Of a stretch of DNA of 64,000 nt, positions 44,454 to 53,238 are shown in pieces (the first letter of the stretch is position 1; every line of letters begins with the position of its first letter). Source of the DNA: Candidatus Aquidulcis sp. (GTDB lineage Bacteria > Chloroflexota > Anaerolineae > UBA4142); assembly GCA_020723345.1 (NCBI GenBank), contig DYJA01000027.1:794-64793 (forward strand), written 5' to 3'. Under the pieces are notes generated by a model. It made no database searches, was not told the DNA's origin, and worked only from the letters and a program-made list of their open reading frames with translations. The position numbers were made by a program, and so were the translations under genes.

Positions 44454-45170
44454 CTAGTTGGACAAACTGAAAATTTGTCCTACGCGATCCCGCGCGAATT
44501 GCAGCGCGAGCAATCCCGTGACGACGACGATTGCCGCGTAGAAAATCTTGATCGTCGGAGAATCGGAGCCGACAATCGGATCGACGGGATGCAGGATGTT
44601 GATCGCGCCGCGCAGAACGATGACGAGGATCGCCGCATTCGCGATTGCCGCGAGCGACAGCCACGTTGGATCGCCGAGCCAGCGCGCGACGATGTACACG
44701 AGCGCGGTGGCGATCAGCACGACGAGCGCGCTCGCGACGCGCGGCTCGCTCAGCGTGAACGCGCCCCACGCGAGAACTTGCGCCGGCGCGCTGATGACGA
44801 ACTGCGCGAGCCAAAACACAATCGCGGTTTCGGCGACCGCGTGCGTCCAGCGCGCGAGTGTCATTGCGAGGAGCGATCCTGAGCGAGCGGAGCGAGTCGA
44901 AGGATGCGACGAAGCAATCTCCGCATTCCGAGTTGGGGATTGCTTCGCAAAAAACGCTCGCAATGACAGACATGCGAGACCCAACCCGCCCGCGATCAAG
45001 TACGCGTACACCGCGACGCGTTCTGCCGCGCCGTGCGCGTACACGATTTTCACGACGTTGCCCAAACGCGCTTCGGCTGGCGAAAACACCAGCAGCGCGG
45101 CGAGAGCAAGAAACAACATCGCGTAAATCAGCCAACTATTTCGTTGCAGCGTGCGGGGGAGTGTCATCAT
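44454..45170 (-). CDS. Integral membrane protein, weakly CcmC/CcsA-like, carrying an in-frame palindromic element.
   Basis: 238 aa, hydrophobic on both sides of a hydrophilic ~36-aa segment encoded by the element at 44859-44967. KIVYAHGAA and LAWGAFTLSEPRV faintly recall CcmC motifs. Confidence 0.55.
   Translation of the reverse strand: MMTLPRTLQRNSWLIYAMLFLALAALLVFSPAEARLGNVVKIVYAHGAAERVAVYAYLIAGGLGLACLSLRAFFAKQSPTRNAEIASSHPSTRSARSGSLLAMTLARWTHAVAETAIVFWLAQFVISAPAQVLAWGAFTLSEPRVASALVVLIATALVYIVARWLGDPTWLSLAAIANAAILVIVLRGAINILHPVDPIVGSDSPTIKIFYAAIVVVTGLLALQFARDRVGQIFSLSN
44859..44967. mobile_element. MITE-like nested palindromic element of the gtcattgcgag...ctcgcaatgac family.
   Basis: The outer inverted repeat is gtcattgcgag (44859-44869) with ctcgcaatgac (44957-44967). 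The inner repeat is gaagcaatc (44911-44919) with gattgcttc (44938-44946). A related copy lies at 52983-53060. Confidence 0.7.
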
Positions 45171-45243
45171 AGAATTACAAATGACAAATGAGCAAATGAC
45201 AAATTGCTTTTGTCATTTGTCATTTGTTCATTTGTCATTTTCC

Positions 45244-46212
45244 TCATTTCGCCATTAGTTTGACGATCATTTCCTTGACGCGCTTGACCGCTTCGGGATG
45301 GCGCAGGACGAGAATGTTCGCGCCGGTTTCGACGAGCGCGGCGGCGGTGAGCGTCTCCCAATGAATCGCGCGTTCTTTCCAATCGCCCCACATCGCCGGC
45401 ACATCCGTACCGACTTTTGATTCTTTTACGCGCCACGCTTCTTCGCCCGGCGTGACGAGCATCGGCTGCTGCGTCATGCCGTCGCCTTGCAGCGCGGCGA
45501 GACGCAGACGTTCCATCACCGAGTAGCCGTACTCGATGCCGTAGCCCAAAGCGCCGGTCGTCGGATCCATCAGGACGCGTTCGAGCGGCAAGCCCATGTC
45601 GTGAATCAAAATCACGAGCTGCTTCGCCAGGTTCACGTCCATCGGCGTACGCGAGTTGACGACGTGATCGTTCGCCATCGCCGCGGCGACAATCGTGCGA
45701 TAATTTTTGTCTTCGGCGACGCCGAGCACGATTTTTTCGCCTTTCGCTTCTTCGGCGACCGGGACGAGCAGTTCGTTGTCGAGTTCGGCTTGACCGGGTC
45801 CAAAAACGATCAGCGGCAAACCGGTTGCATTCAAAACGTCGCGCGTCACCTTTTTCGCGTTCGCGGCGGTGTTGGGCGATCCATCAGCGAGCGTGGCGTT
45901 CAATTTGAGCAAGATCACATCCGCGCCCGCGGCTTCGGCGGCTTGCGCCCATTTCGCCGGATCGTCCGCGACGTCGTTCCACACGTCCATCAGCACCGGC
46001 GACCAATCGCCCGGCTTGCGGTCTTGCACTTCGATGGCAATCGCGGGCGGATGCGGAATCGCGCCTTCAAAGTGCATGAACGGCAGCGCGGCGTCGCCGC
46101 CGACGGTGATCGTCTTGGCGCGTGTGCCGCCTTGATCCTTGGTTGCGCCGATGGTAATTTCGCGTACTGTGCCGCCGTACTTTTCCTTTGGAATTTCAAC
46201 TGTCACTGGCAT
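45244..46212 (-). CDS. acsD: Corrinoid iron-sulfur protein small subunit.
   Basis: The sequence is AcsD-like (GGDAALPFMHFEG..., VILLKLN..., MERLRLAALQGD). The ATG at 46212 follows a GGAGGGAG RBS; the track start at 46224 lies within that RBS. Confidence 0.9.
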   Translation of the reverse strand: MPVTVEIPKEKYGGTVREITIGATKDQGGTRAKTITVGGDAALPFMHFEGAIPHPPAIAIEVQDRKPGDWSPVLMDVWNDVADDPAKWAQAAEAAGADVILLKLNATLADGSPNTAANAKKVTRDVLNATGLPLIVFGPGQAELDNELLVPVAEEAKGEKIVLGVAEDKNYRTIVAAAMANDHVVNSRTPMDVNLAKQLVILIHDMGLPLERVLMDPTTGALGYGIEYGYSVMERLRLAALQGDGMTQQPMLVTPGEEAWRVKESKVGTDVPAMWGDWKERAIHWETLTAAALVETGANILVLRHPEAVKRVKEMIVKLMAK

Positions 46213-46309
46213 TACTCCCTCCATTGTTTTGTCAAATAGTCACCTAGTCAGATAGTCGTGTCGTCAAGCGGTCTGGACTATGTGACTACGAGACTGTCTG
46301 ACTATTGGA

Positions 46310-46489
46310 CTAGTTGGGTTGATCGAACGCGACGAGCAAAAACAAAAACACGCCCACGCCCATCAGCGCGAGCACGCCTTCTTGTGGCGCGGACGTGAGA
46401 TAGCGAATCAAGAGCGCGGCGACGAGAATGATCATCGACGCGCCAAGCAAAATGTTGGTTGTGCGTTGGCTAAAGTGCTTTTCCGACAC
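46310..46489 (-). CDS. Possible small two-TM membrane protein (59 aa), below the ORF-track cutoff.
   Basis: GTG 46489 follows AGAGGAG. Translation is VSEKHFSQRTTNILLGASMIILVAALLIRYLTSAPQEGVLALMGVGVFLFLLVAFDQPN. Confidence 0.35.
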   Translation of the reverse strand: MSEKHFSQRTTNILLGASMIILVAALLIRYLTSAPQEGVLALMGVGVFLFLLVAFDQPN

Positions 46490-46540
46490 AATTGCTCCTC
46501 TGCCCCCTTGCTCCTCCGCCGGGGAGCAAGAGAGAGAATT

Positions 46541-46975
46541 CTATTTCTTGCGCGCGACTGCCTTCTTCGCCGGCATCGCCGGGCGCTCCGGCGCCAAGCC
46601 CGCCATCTCGCGCACGATCGCGCGCATCGTGATCGACGCGCTCGGGCGCGATGGCCCCGGATGTTCGTGCATGATAAAAATCTGGTGGACTTTTTCGTCC
46701 ATCATCATGTGCGCGGCGGCAATCGCGGCGGTGTCCGGCGTGATACTCACGACGCGCTCGGACATTACTTCTTTTGCCGTGAGCAATTCCCAGTTGCGCG
46801 GAAACGCTTTGACCAGATCGGTTTGCGAGACGACGCCGCACGCGCCGTACTCGTCCATCACAATCACCGCGTCCGCGCCATCGCGCGCCATAATCTCCGC
46901 GACTTGCTTCAAGCGCGTGTCCGTTTCGCACGTTGGCACGCCGATCTTCATGAGGTCACGTACGAGTATTGGCAT
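46541..46975 (-). CDS. CBS-domain pair protein.
   Basis: 144 aa. The VRDLM...VIVMDE..GVVSQTDLV and ...AKEVMS..VVSITPD...MMMDEKVHQIFIM patterns are typical of tandem CBS domains. Confidence 0.75.
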   Translation of the reverse strand: MPILVRDLMKIGVPTCETDTRLKQVAEIMARDGADAVIVMDEYGACGVVSQTDLVKAFPRNWELLTAKEVMSERVVSITPDTAAIAAAHMMMDEKVHQIFIMHEHPGPSRPSASITMRAIVREMAGLAPERPAMPAKKAVARKK

Positions 46976-47042
46976 GGTGCAACTCCATGATGCGTGAAAC
47001 GTGATGCGTGAGTTTCACGTATCACGCATCACGTATCACGAA

Positions 47043-49331
47043 TTACATGAGCGGATCCATCGTCAACGCCGGATGCCCCTTCGATTCCAGGAACGCGACG
47101 AGATCGGGTACTTCCGTGCAGATCGTTTCGTCCGCGACCTTGGCGAGCAGGTCGGGATCACCGGCTAACTCTGCCGCTTTTTTCAATTCCTCCGGCATCG
47201 TTTGTTTCAAGACGGACGACATCCAAACGATGCGCTTGAACCCGCCGTCCGAGAAGAGGAATTTCTTCGACGTGAGATAGTATTTGCCGACGCCCATAAT
47301 GCCCGGCGTTTGCAGACCTCCGCCTGCCATACCCGCGAGCGTGCTGAACGTCATACCGGCAGGCGACATCGAAGTATCTTCGCGCGACAAAACCATCACG
47401 CCGTTCGCTTCCGGAATCACCATGACGATACATTCGAAGCAACCGCATGCGGTCATCGGATTTTCCATGATCGAGTACATCGAAACATTTTCGACTTGCT
47501 GGTGCGAGTTTTGGTAAACGAAATCCACGGGACCTTTCCAATATCCCTTGACCGGATCGATCTGTTGTCCCTTCGGAATCGGTTGATTGGGACCGGTTGG
47601 ATTGATCTGGAAACTCGCCTTGCAGTCGAGCCAGGAGTACGCGCCGCACAAACCGACGCGCTCGGGCGAAACGACGCAGACGTGATTCGGCGCGAACGAT
47701 TGGCACAACGTGCAGGAATAAAATTCGTCGACTTGCTCGTCCACCATATTCGCGAGCCGGACGTTGCGTTTGTTGTACGCTTCGCGCGCGACTTGGAGCA
47801 TCGTGTTCACGTCGGCTTGGTTGGTGTAAATCGTGACCTGAATTTTGTCGACGATCGCGCCAAAGTCGGCGTGATAGCGCGCGTGCAAAATTTTGCCGAG
47901 ATCGCCGAGTCGGAATCCTTTGTCGTACGCGGCTTTGCTGATGCGAATCCAGGTAATATCGCGCTGACCGACGTGTTGAATGCCGGACGCGCCGTTGACA
48001 AAGTGGTGAATTTGGCGTTCGAGTACCGGCTCGAAATCTTCCTGCATCTTGCGCCCGGCAACTTCGGCGACGATGCCGATGTCCATGTGCCCGCCTTCTT
48101 CGACCTGATCCAAGTCGGGACCGAGCACCGTCACTTTGCCGTCTTCGATTTTTTCCATCGGCAGCGAATACAAATATTCAAACGCGCGCGAGTGCTTGCC
48201 GCCGGACTCGAAGCGCAAATCGGCTTTGCGGACGACCTCGCCTTCAAACGCCGAGCCGTATGGAACCGGAATCGGCACTTCGGTCATCTTGATCTTGACG
48301 CCGCGCACTTCGATGCAGCGCTGCACGAGTTTTTCGGCGCGCTCCAGATCGTCTTTGCCGGGAATTTCGTTGAACGGCATCGAGATGACGTGTTCGTACT
48401 GCGTGACGCCGGTCGGATGAATTTCGGGAATGACCGTGTCGGCAATCGCGGGAAAACCGTACGAAATCGCGCCCGCCGCCGTCGCGTATTTCAGATCGTC
48501 CACTTCGCCGAGCGCGAGGACGAACGCAAAGACGCGGTACTTGTTGTACAGCAAAATCTCGCGCGCCTGCCCGCCCTTCATGCCGCCGAAGGTCAGCGCG
48601 GAACGCGTCGCAAAACCGAGCGCGTAAATCGCGGAGCGCGTGTCCGTGCCAAAGGGGACGATGTACGTGTCGTACCCCATCTCGATCCCTTCCTCTTGCA
48701 ATTGATGGATGATCGAGCGACCGTTGACGTTGCCCGCGAGGAAGATCAGGATGTTGCGGCGTTGGAGTTCGCGAATAATTTTGACCGCGACCTCGTTCGA
48801 TTTCGCGCAGCCGACGACTGCGGCGAAGCCGGGCATACGACCGTCCACAAGTTGAATGCCCCACGAGCGCAGTTGAATGTCGTCAATCGGTCCGTTCAAA
48901 TTGCCCGCGCCGTCGCCGTCCTTTTGAAATTCCGGCGACGTGAACGACGCGGCGGCTTGCGCGAGATGAAAGCCCGGCATTTTTTCCGGCTGATCGCCGT
49001 ACAAAAAGCCCAAGCCCATCAATACTTCTTCGGCGAGCAGCGTGGCGACGCCGCCATCCAATGTTTCGCCGAGGTACGGCGTCCAGCGCGCTTGCGCGGG
49101 AACCGGGTGGAGATACGTTTTGATCTGTTCCATCACCGGCACCAGATCGCCGACAGTTTCCACTTTGCGTCCGGTCAAACCCAGGATCGTCGGCAAAAAG
49201 TACGCGGTATTTGGAAAGCCCACTTTGGCGTCTGCGCCCTTGTCTTGTAATGCCTTTTGCAGCAGTGCGTCCGCTTCGCGCGCGATGTTCATTGCGCCGC
49301 GAATTGCAGAGGTAGCGATGTAACGTGACAT
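47043..49331 (-). CDS. acsB: Acetyl-CoA synthase (CO-methylating), A-cluster subunit.
   Basis: 762 aa. SCTLCQSFAPNHVC holds the 4Fe-4S ligands, and TACGCFEC is the Cys-Gly-Cys Ni-Ni site motif. Confidence 0.95.
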   Translation of the reverse strand: MSRYIATSAIRGAMNIAREADALLQKALQDKGADAKVGFPNTAYFLPTILGLTGRKVETVGDLVPVMEQIKTYLHPVPAQARWTPYLGETLDGGVATLLAEEVLMGLGFLYGDQPEKMPGFHLAQAAASFTSPEFQKDGDGAGNLNGPIDDIQLRSWGIQLVDGRMPGFAAVVGCAKSNEVAVKIIRELQRRNILIFLAGNVNGRSIIHQLQEEGIEMGYDTYIVPFGTDTRSAIYALGFATRSALTFGGMKGGQAREILLYNKYRVFAFVLALGEVDDLKYATAAGAISYGFPAIADTVIPEIHPTGVTQYEHVISMPFNEIPGKDDLERAEKLVQRCIEVRGVKIKMTEVPIPVPYGSAFEGEVVRKADLRFESGGKHSRAFEYLYSLPMEKIEDGKVTVLGPDLDQVEEGGHMDIGIVAEVAGRKMQEDFEPVLERQIHHFVNGASGIQHVGQRDITWIRISKAAYDKGFRLGDLGKILHARYHADFGAIVDKIQVTIYTNQADVNTMLQVAREAYNKRNVRLANMVDEQVDEFYSCTLCQSFAPNHVCVVSPERVGLCGAYSWLDCKASFQINPTGPNQPIPKGQQIDPVKGYWKGPVDFVYQNSHQQVENVSMYSIMENPMTACGCFECIVMVIPEANGVMVLSREDTSMSPAGMTFSTLAGMAGGGLQTPGIMGVGKYYLTSKKFLFSDGGFKRIVWMSSVLKQTMPEELKKAAELAGDPDLLAKVADETICTEVPDLVAFLESKGHPALTMDPLM

Positions 49332-49425
49332 TTAGTCCCTCCCTCAGTAATTTCAGATTTCAGATTTTAGATTGCGAATTGCCAGAGCCCAAATCTGAAA
49401 TCAGCAATCTAAAATCTGAAATTCT

Positions 49426-49989
49426 TTAGAATTCTTCGTGCTTGCGCCCTAACGCGAGAATCAGCACGACGACATCGTGCGTTTCGCCATCGGGCATCAT
49501 AAAATAATCGGGATAGGTCGCGCGCTGCTCGAATCCCAATGCCTTGAACGCGCTGATCACTTTGACTTGATCGGCGACCACTTCGGCGACGAGTTGTTGA
49601 ATGCCGCACTTGCGCGCAACATCGAGCAGCGCGCGCAGCACCGCCGTGCCCAAACCGCGCCGCCGGAACTCTTTCGACAAAAAGATGCGCACGTCTGCGA
49701 CGTGGCGACCGGGTCCACTGCGAAAGTGCAGCGTCGCGTCGCCGACAATGCGATCATTGACGACGGCGACGAGCGGCAGGACGTGTTTGTAATCGACGTT
49801 CTCCGCCCACGCGCCGACCAATTCCCGATTCCGCACGTCGTTCCGCATCAATTTGTAATCGTCGGGACCGATCGGTTCGAACAGCGCGATCAGCGCGGCT
49901 TTGTCTTCCTTGACCAGCGGGCGGAAGAGGACGCGTGTGCCATCCGCCAGCGTCACAATCTGCCGATACTTGGCGATTTGCTCTAGCAT
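49426..49989 (-). CDS. GNAT-family N-acetyltransferase.
   Basis: 187 aa with the acetyl-CoA-binding motif RRRGLGTAVLRALLDVAR. Confidence 0.75.
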   Translation of the reverse strand: MLEQIAKYRQIVTLADGTRVLFRPLVKEDKAALIALFEPIGPDDYKLMRNDVRNRELVGAWAENVDYKHVLPLVAVVNDRIVGDATLHFRSGPGRHVADVRIFLSKEFRRRGLGTAVLRALLDVARKCGIQQLVAEVVADQVKVISAFKALGFEQRATYPDYFMMPDGETHDVVVLILALGRKHEEF

Positions 49990-50100
49990 GATTCGCTCCG
50001 CTGAATTTAGGATTTCAGATTTATGATTTCAGATTGAAGCGGCGCGCGCGGTCAGCGTGGTCTCCCAAATCATAAATCTTTAATCTGAAATCTTAAATCG

Positions 50101-50406
50101 CTATGATTTGCCCACCGATCCGTACTTGGCTTGGAAATCCGCCGCGCTCAGCGCGAACCAATCGCGATTCTTTTGCGCGAACGGTTTCCACTCCTCTTTC
50201 AGATCCGCTTCCGGGAAAATCGCGGCGACGGGGCACTCCGGCACGCACGCGCCGCAATCGATACATTCGTCCGGGCTGATGTACAGTTGCTGCACCGGTT
50301 CGAACAACGCTTCATCTTTCTTTGGATGAATGCAGTCCACCGGGCAGACATTCACGCACGCCGTGTCTTTGGTGTTGATGCACGGTTCCGCAATTACGTA
50401 CGCCAT
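50101..50406 (-). CDS. Ferredoxin (dicluster type).
   Basis: The ATG at 50406 gives MAYVIAEPCINTKDTACVNVCPVDCIH...CIDCGACVPECP. Confidence 0.85.
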   Translation of the reverse strand: MAYVIAEPCINTKDTACVNVCPVDCIHPKKDEALFEPVQQLYISPDECIDCGACVPECPVAAIFPEADLKEEWKPFAQKNRDWFALSAADFQAKYGSVGKS

Positions 50407-50424
50407 GGTGATTTCTCCTGACCT

Positions 50425-50497
50425 CACCCCCATCCCCGTTCCCCTTCCCCCGTTGCCGAAGTTCGTCGGCAACGGGGGAAGGGGCAGGGGTAGGGGG
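50425..50497. repeat. Long G/C-word hairpin between cooS and the ferredoxin gene.
   Basis: The arms cacccccatccccgttccccttcccccgttgccga and tcggcaacgggggaaggggcaggggtaggggg are near-complementary. No T-tract follows. Confidence 0.75.
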
Positions 50498-52507
50498 TTA
50501 CTCCGCTGCCACCGGCATTCCGTACAGCGCGTTCACGCGTTCTTGGAGCGGCTGCTTCAACAACTCGCGCATCCGCCAATCGCCGGACTTGCCGAACTTG
50601 CCCGGATCGTACGCCGGCAATTTCAGCGCGGCGCGTTTCGCGTCGATGTGCGCGAGCGAACGCCGGACGATTTCCGCCGGGTCGGGCACGAATTCCATTT
50701 TGCCGCCGACGATCTTTTCCCAGCCCTCGCTCATGATCTTGGTCACGTCGTCGCTGTTCTCGACCGGCGAGTTGACGCCGAACAAAACGTAGACGCCCGA
50801 CGCCGCAAAGTACGCGCCAATCGCCAACGCTTTCTCGCTCATCCACTCCGGCGCGATGCCGACGCCGGGAATGTCGCTGATGTCGTCGCCGAGTCCGCCC
50901 TCGCTTGCCATTTCCGACAGCACGGTGAGGATGCGCGTATTGTCGACGCACGAACCCAGGTGCAAGACCGGCGGAATGCCGATCGCTTCGCACACTTCGC
51001 GCAAGCCGGGACCGGCGTACTCCATCGCCGCTTCGCCGAGAAGCAAACCGTACTTGGCATTCGCGAGCGCGCCGCAGCCGGTCTGTGCGACCAGGATGTC
51101 GTTTTTCAGAAATTCTTTGACGATGTCGTTGTGGGCTTGATCGTGCGTCACGCGCGGGTTGTTGCAGCCGACGACGCCCGCGATGCCACGCAAACGACCT
51201 TGCATGATCGCGTCGTTCAGCGGACGGAATGAGCCGCGCAGCACGCCGCCCATCATGTAGCGGATGTACTCGTGCGAAAAACCGGGCACGAGATCGGAGA
51301 GATGCGTCGGAATTTCGGTTTGCTTGCGATTGGGATAATTGTCAATCGCGGTGCGGACGATTTGCCGCGCGATGTCGAGCGCGTGATGCTCGTCGAATTC
51401 GATGTGCGTCGCGCCGGTGATTTTCACTTTCGGCGAAGTGGTGATGATTTTGGTGTGGAATTTCGACGACAGATCGGTGATGGCTTGCATAATGCACTGC
51501 ACGTCCACGACCATCGCTTCGACCGCGCCGGTGATGATCGCAAGTTCCTGATTGAGATCGTTGCCCGCGCTCGGAATGCCCTGGCGCATCAACGTTTCAT
51601 TCGCCGTGCAACAAACGCCGCAGAGGGCGATGCCTTTCGCGCCTTTCGATTTGGCATAGTCGATCAATTCCGGTTCGGAGACGACGCGCACGATCATTTC
51701 CGAAAGCGTCGGCTCGTGTCCGTGAATGACGATGTTCACTTCGTCGTTCTTCAAGACGCCGAGATTCACTTTCGTCACGAGCGGCGACGGCGTGCCGAAC
51801 AAAATGTCGGAGATGTCAGTCGCCATCATCGAGCCGCCCCAGCCGTCCGCGAGCGAAGTGCGGAGCGAGCCGAGCATCAAGTGATCGGCGTCCTGATCGT
51901 CGCCCATGTGCGTGCGGTGGAGCGTATCCACGACTTCGCGGTCCACGCCGCGCGGCGCGATGCCGAGTTGCTGCCAAATCTCCTGACGCTTCTTCGGCGC
52001 GCGCTTGGTGTAGATCAGCGTGCCCTTTTGCCGCGCCATATCGCCAATCGCGAGCGCGGCAATTTCTCCGGCGATCTGCTCCGGCTTTTTGCCGTCGGTC
52101 TTGACGCCGAAATATCCGGCGACGACGTTGAGTTTCGAAAGATCGCGCAGTTCGTACCCTTGCGCCGCGCCTTCCGCGACGGCTTGCAGCGTAAAGATCA
52201 GATCGCGGCCGTGATCGCTGTGGGCGGCGGTTCCGGCGGCGATGTGGCGCGCCATGTTGCGCGCGGCAACCGTTGCGCGCGTCGCGCCGCACACGCCCAC
52301 CGGATCCGGATTCGATTTGGTCGGGACGAGGCGGCAGGGTCCCATGTCGCAGATGCTGCAGCACGCGCCGGACTCGCCAATCGGGCACGCCGCCATTTTT
52401 GCCGCGCGGCTGAATGCCGTCGAATATCCTTTCGCCTCCGCGATTTTGAGCATTTCAATCGCGGCGGGGTCTATCGTTTGAACTTTGGGTGCGGGTTCTT
52501 TAGCCAT
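50498..52507 (-). CDS. cooS: Anaerobic carbon monoxide dehydrogenase catalytic subunit.
   Basis: 669 aa with the N-terminal CPIGESGACCSICDMGPCRL cluster motif and a CODH-like body. It sits in the acs cluster. Confidence 0.95.
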   Translation of the reverse strand: MAKEPAPKVQTIDPAAIEMLKIAEAKGYSTAFSRAAKMAACPIGESGACCSICDMGPCRLVPTKSNPDPVGVCGATRATVAARNMARHIAAGTAAHSDHGRDLIFTLQAVAEGAAQGYELRDLSKLNVVAGYFGVKTDGKKPEQIAGEIAALAIGDMARQKGTLIYTKRAPKKRQEIWQQLGIAPRGVDREVVDTLHRTHMGDDQDADHLMLGSLRTSLADGWGGSMMATDISDILFGTPSPLVTKVNLGVLKNDEVNIVIHGHEPTLSEMIVRVVSEPELIDYAKSKGAKGIALCGVCCTANETLMRQGIPSAGNDLNQELAIITGAVEAMVVDVQCIMQAITDLSSKFHTKIITTSPKVKITGATHIEFDEHHALDIARQIVRTAIDNYPNRKQTEIPTHLSDLVPGFSHEYIRYMMGGVLRGSFRPLNDAIMQGRLRGIAGVVGCNNPRVTHDQAHNDIVKEFLKNDILVAQTGCGALANAKYGLLLGEAAMEYAGPGLREVCEAIGIPPVLHLGSCVDNTRILTVLSEMASEGGLGDDISDIPGVGIAPEWMSEKALAIGAYFAASGVYVLFGVNSPVENSDDVTKIMSEGWEKIVGGKMEFVPDPAEIVRRSLAHIDAKRAALKLPAYDPGKFGKSGDWRMRELLKQPLQERVNALYGMPVAAE

Positions 52508-52596
52508 TGTGTTCCTCCTTATGAAATCAGTATTCAGTGTTCAGTTTTCAGTATTCAGTGAAAACGGTCTGAATACTGAATTCTGAATACTGAACA

Positions 52597-52926
52597 CTAG
52601 TATTTTCTGAATTCGCCGGACAGTTGCAAATCGATCGGGTTCGTCGTCGTGACGCGCTGACCCAGTTTCTCCCACGCGGGATCGGGCGTTGCGAACGGCG
52701 ATTCGGCGACGACGGCTTCTGTGCCGGGCGCGTAGCCCGCGTCACTCAGCGCTTTGACGAGTGCGGCTTGCGATGTTTTGCTCGCGTCAAATTCGACCAT
52801 CACTTGCTTGAACGCACTGCTCGCGAAAACATTCTCCACGCCGGAGATCGGCGATAGCAAGCGTTTGACGCTGGTGACGTGATGATCCGCCCACAACGCC
52901 GGAATGGTGAGTGTGATTTGCTCCAT
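52597..52926 (-). CDS. HMA (heavy-metal-associated)-fold-like protein in which WADHH replaces the CxxC motif.
   Basis: The ATG at 52926 follows GGGAGGA. ITLTIPALWADHHVTSVKRLL...GVENVFAS...QVMVEFD... fits the beta-alpha-beta-beta-alpha-beta spacing of HMA domains but has no Cys pair. Confidence 0.55.
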   Translation of the reverse strand: MEQITLTIPALWADHHVTSVKRLLSPISGVENVFASSAFKQVMVEFDASKTSQAALVKALSDAGYAPGTEAVVAESPFATPDPAWEKLGQRVTTTNPIDLQLSGEFRKY

Positions 52927-52982
52927 GTGATCCTCCCTCAAATGATTTCAGATTTCAGATTTAGGATTTCAGATTTCGGCTT

Positions 52983-53060
52983 GTCATTTCGAAGAGCGTT
53001 TTTCGCGACGAGAAATCTCATTATGGCGGGAACGAGATTTCTCGCTCCGCTCGAAACGAC
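52983..53060. repeat. Second copy of the nested-palindrome element family (gtcatttcgaag...ctcgaaacgac).
   Basis: The outer arms are gtcatttcgaagagcg and cgctcgaaacgac. The inner arms are gagaaatctc and gagatttctc. The copy is intergenic. Confidence 0.65.
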
Positions 53061-53238
53061 ATTGGGAAGATCTGAGATCTCAAATCTGAAATTATTTAAC
53101 TCCACGGAATGAAACGGAATAAGACAATCGCCGCGAGAATTAGCGCGACGGTCATCAGCCCGGTTAAAGCGATGATCACGTACTTCATCGCCGCCCAATA
53201 CGCTTCCGAATGATCCGGTCGTGGCATCGCGCGTCTCG

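Noticed and set aside
44206-45135. A 309-aa minus-strand ORF overlapping the membrane-protein gene.
   Set aside because: Only the last 78 codons (the NifU-like part, starting at ATG 44442) look like a protein. The upstream part is Arg-rich and overlaps a hydrophobic ORF in another frame.
53096-53227. A possible 30-43 aa hydrophobic peptide (…MKYVIIALTGLMTVALILAAIVLFRFIPWS) downstream of the membrane protein at 53239-53940.
   Set aside because: It is plausible as a small membrane subunit. However, it has no clear RBS, its start is ambiguous, and nothing in the window is available for comparison. Support is insufficient to call it.
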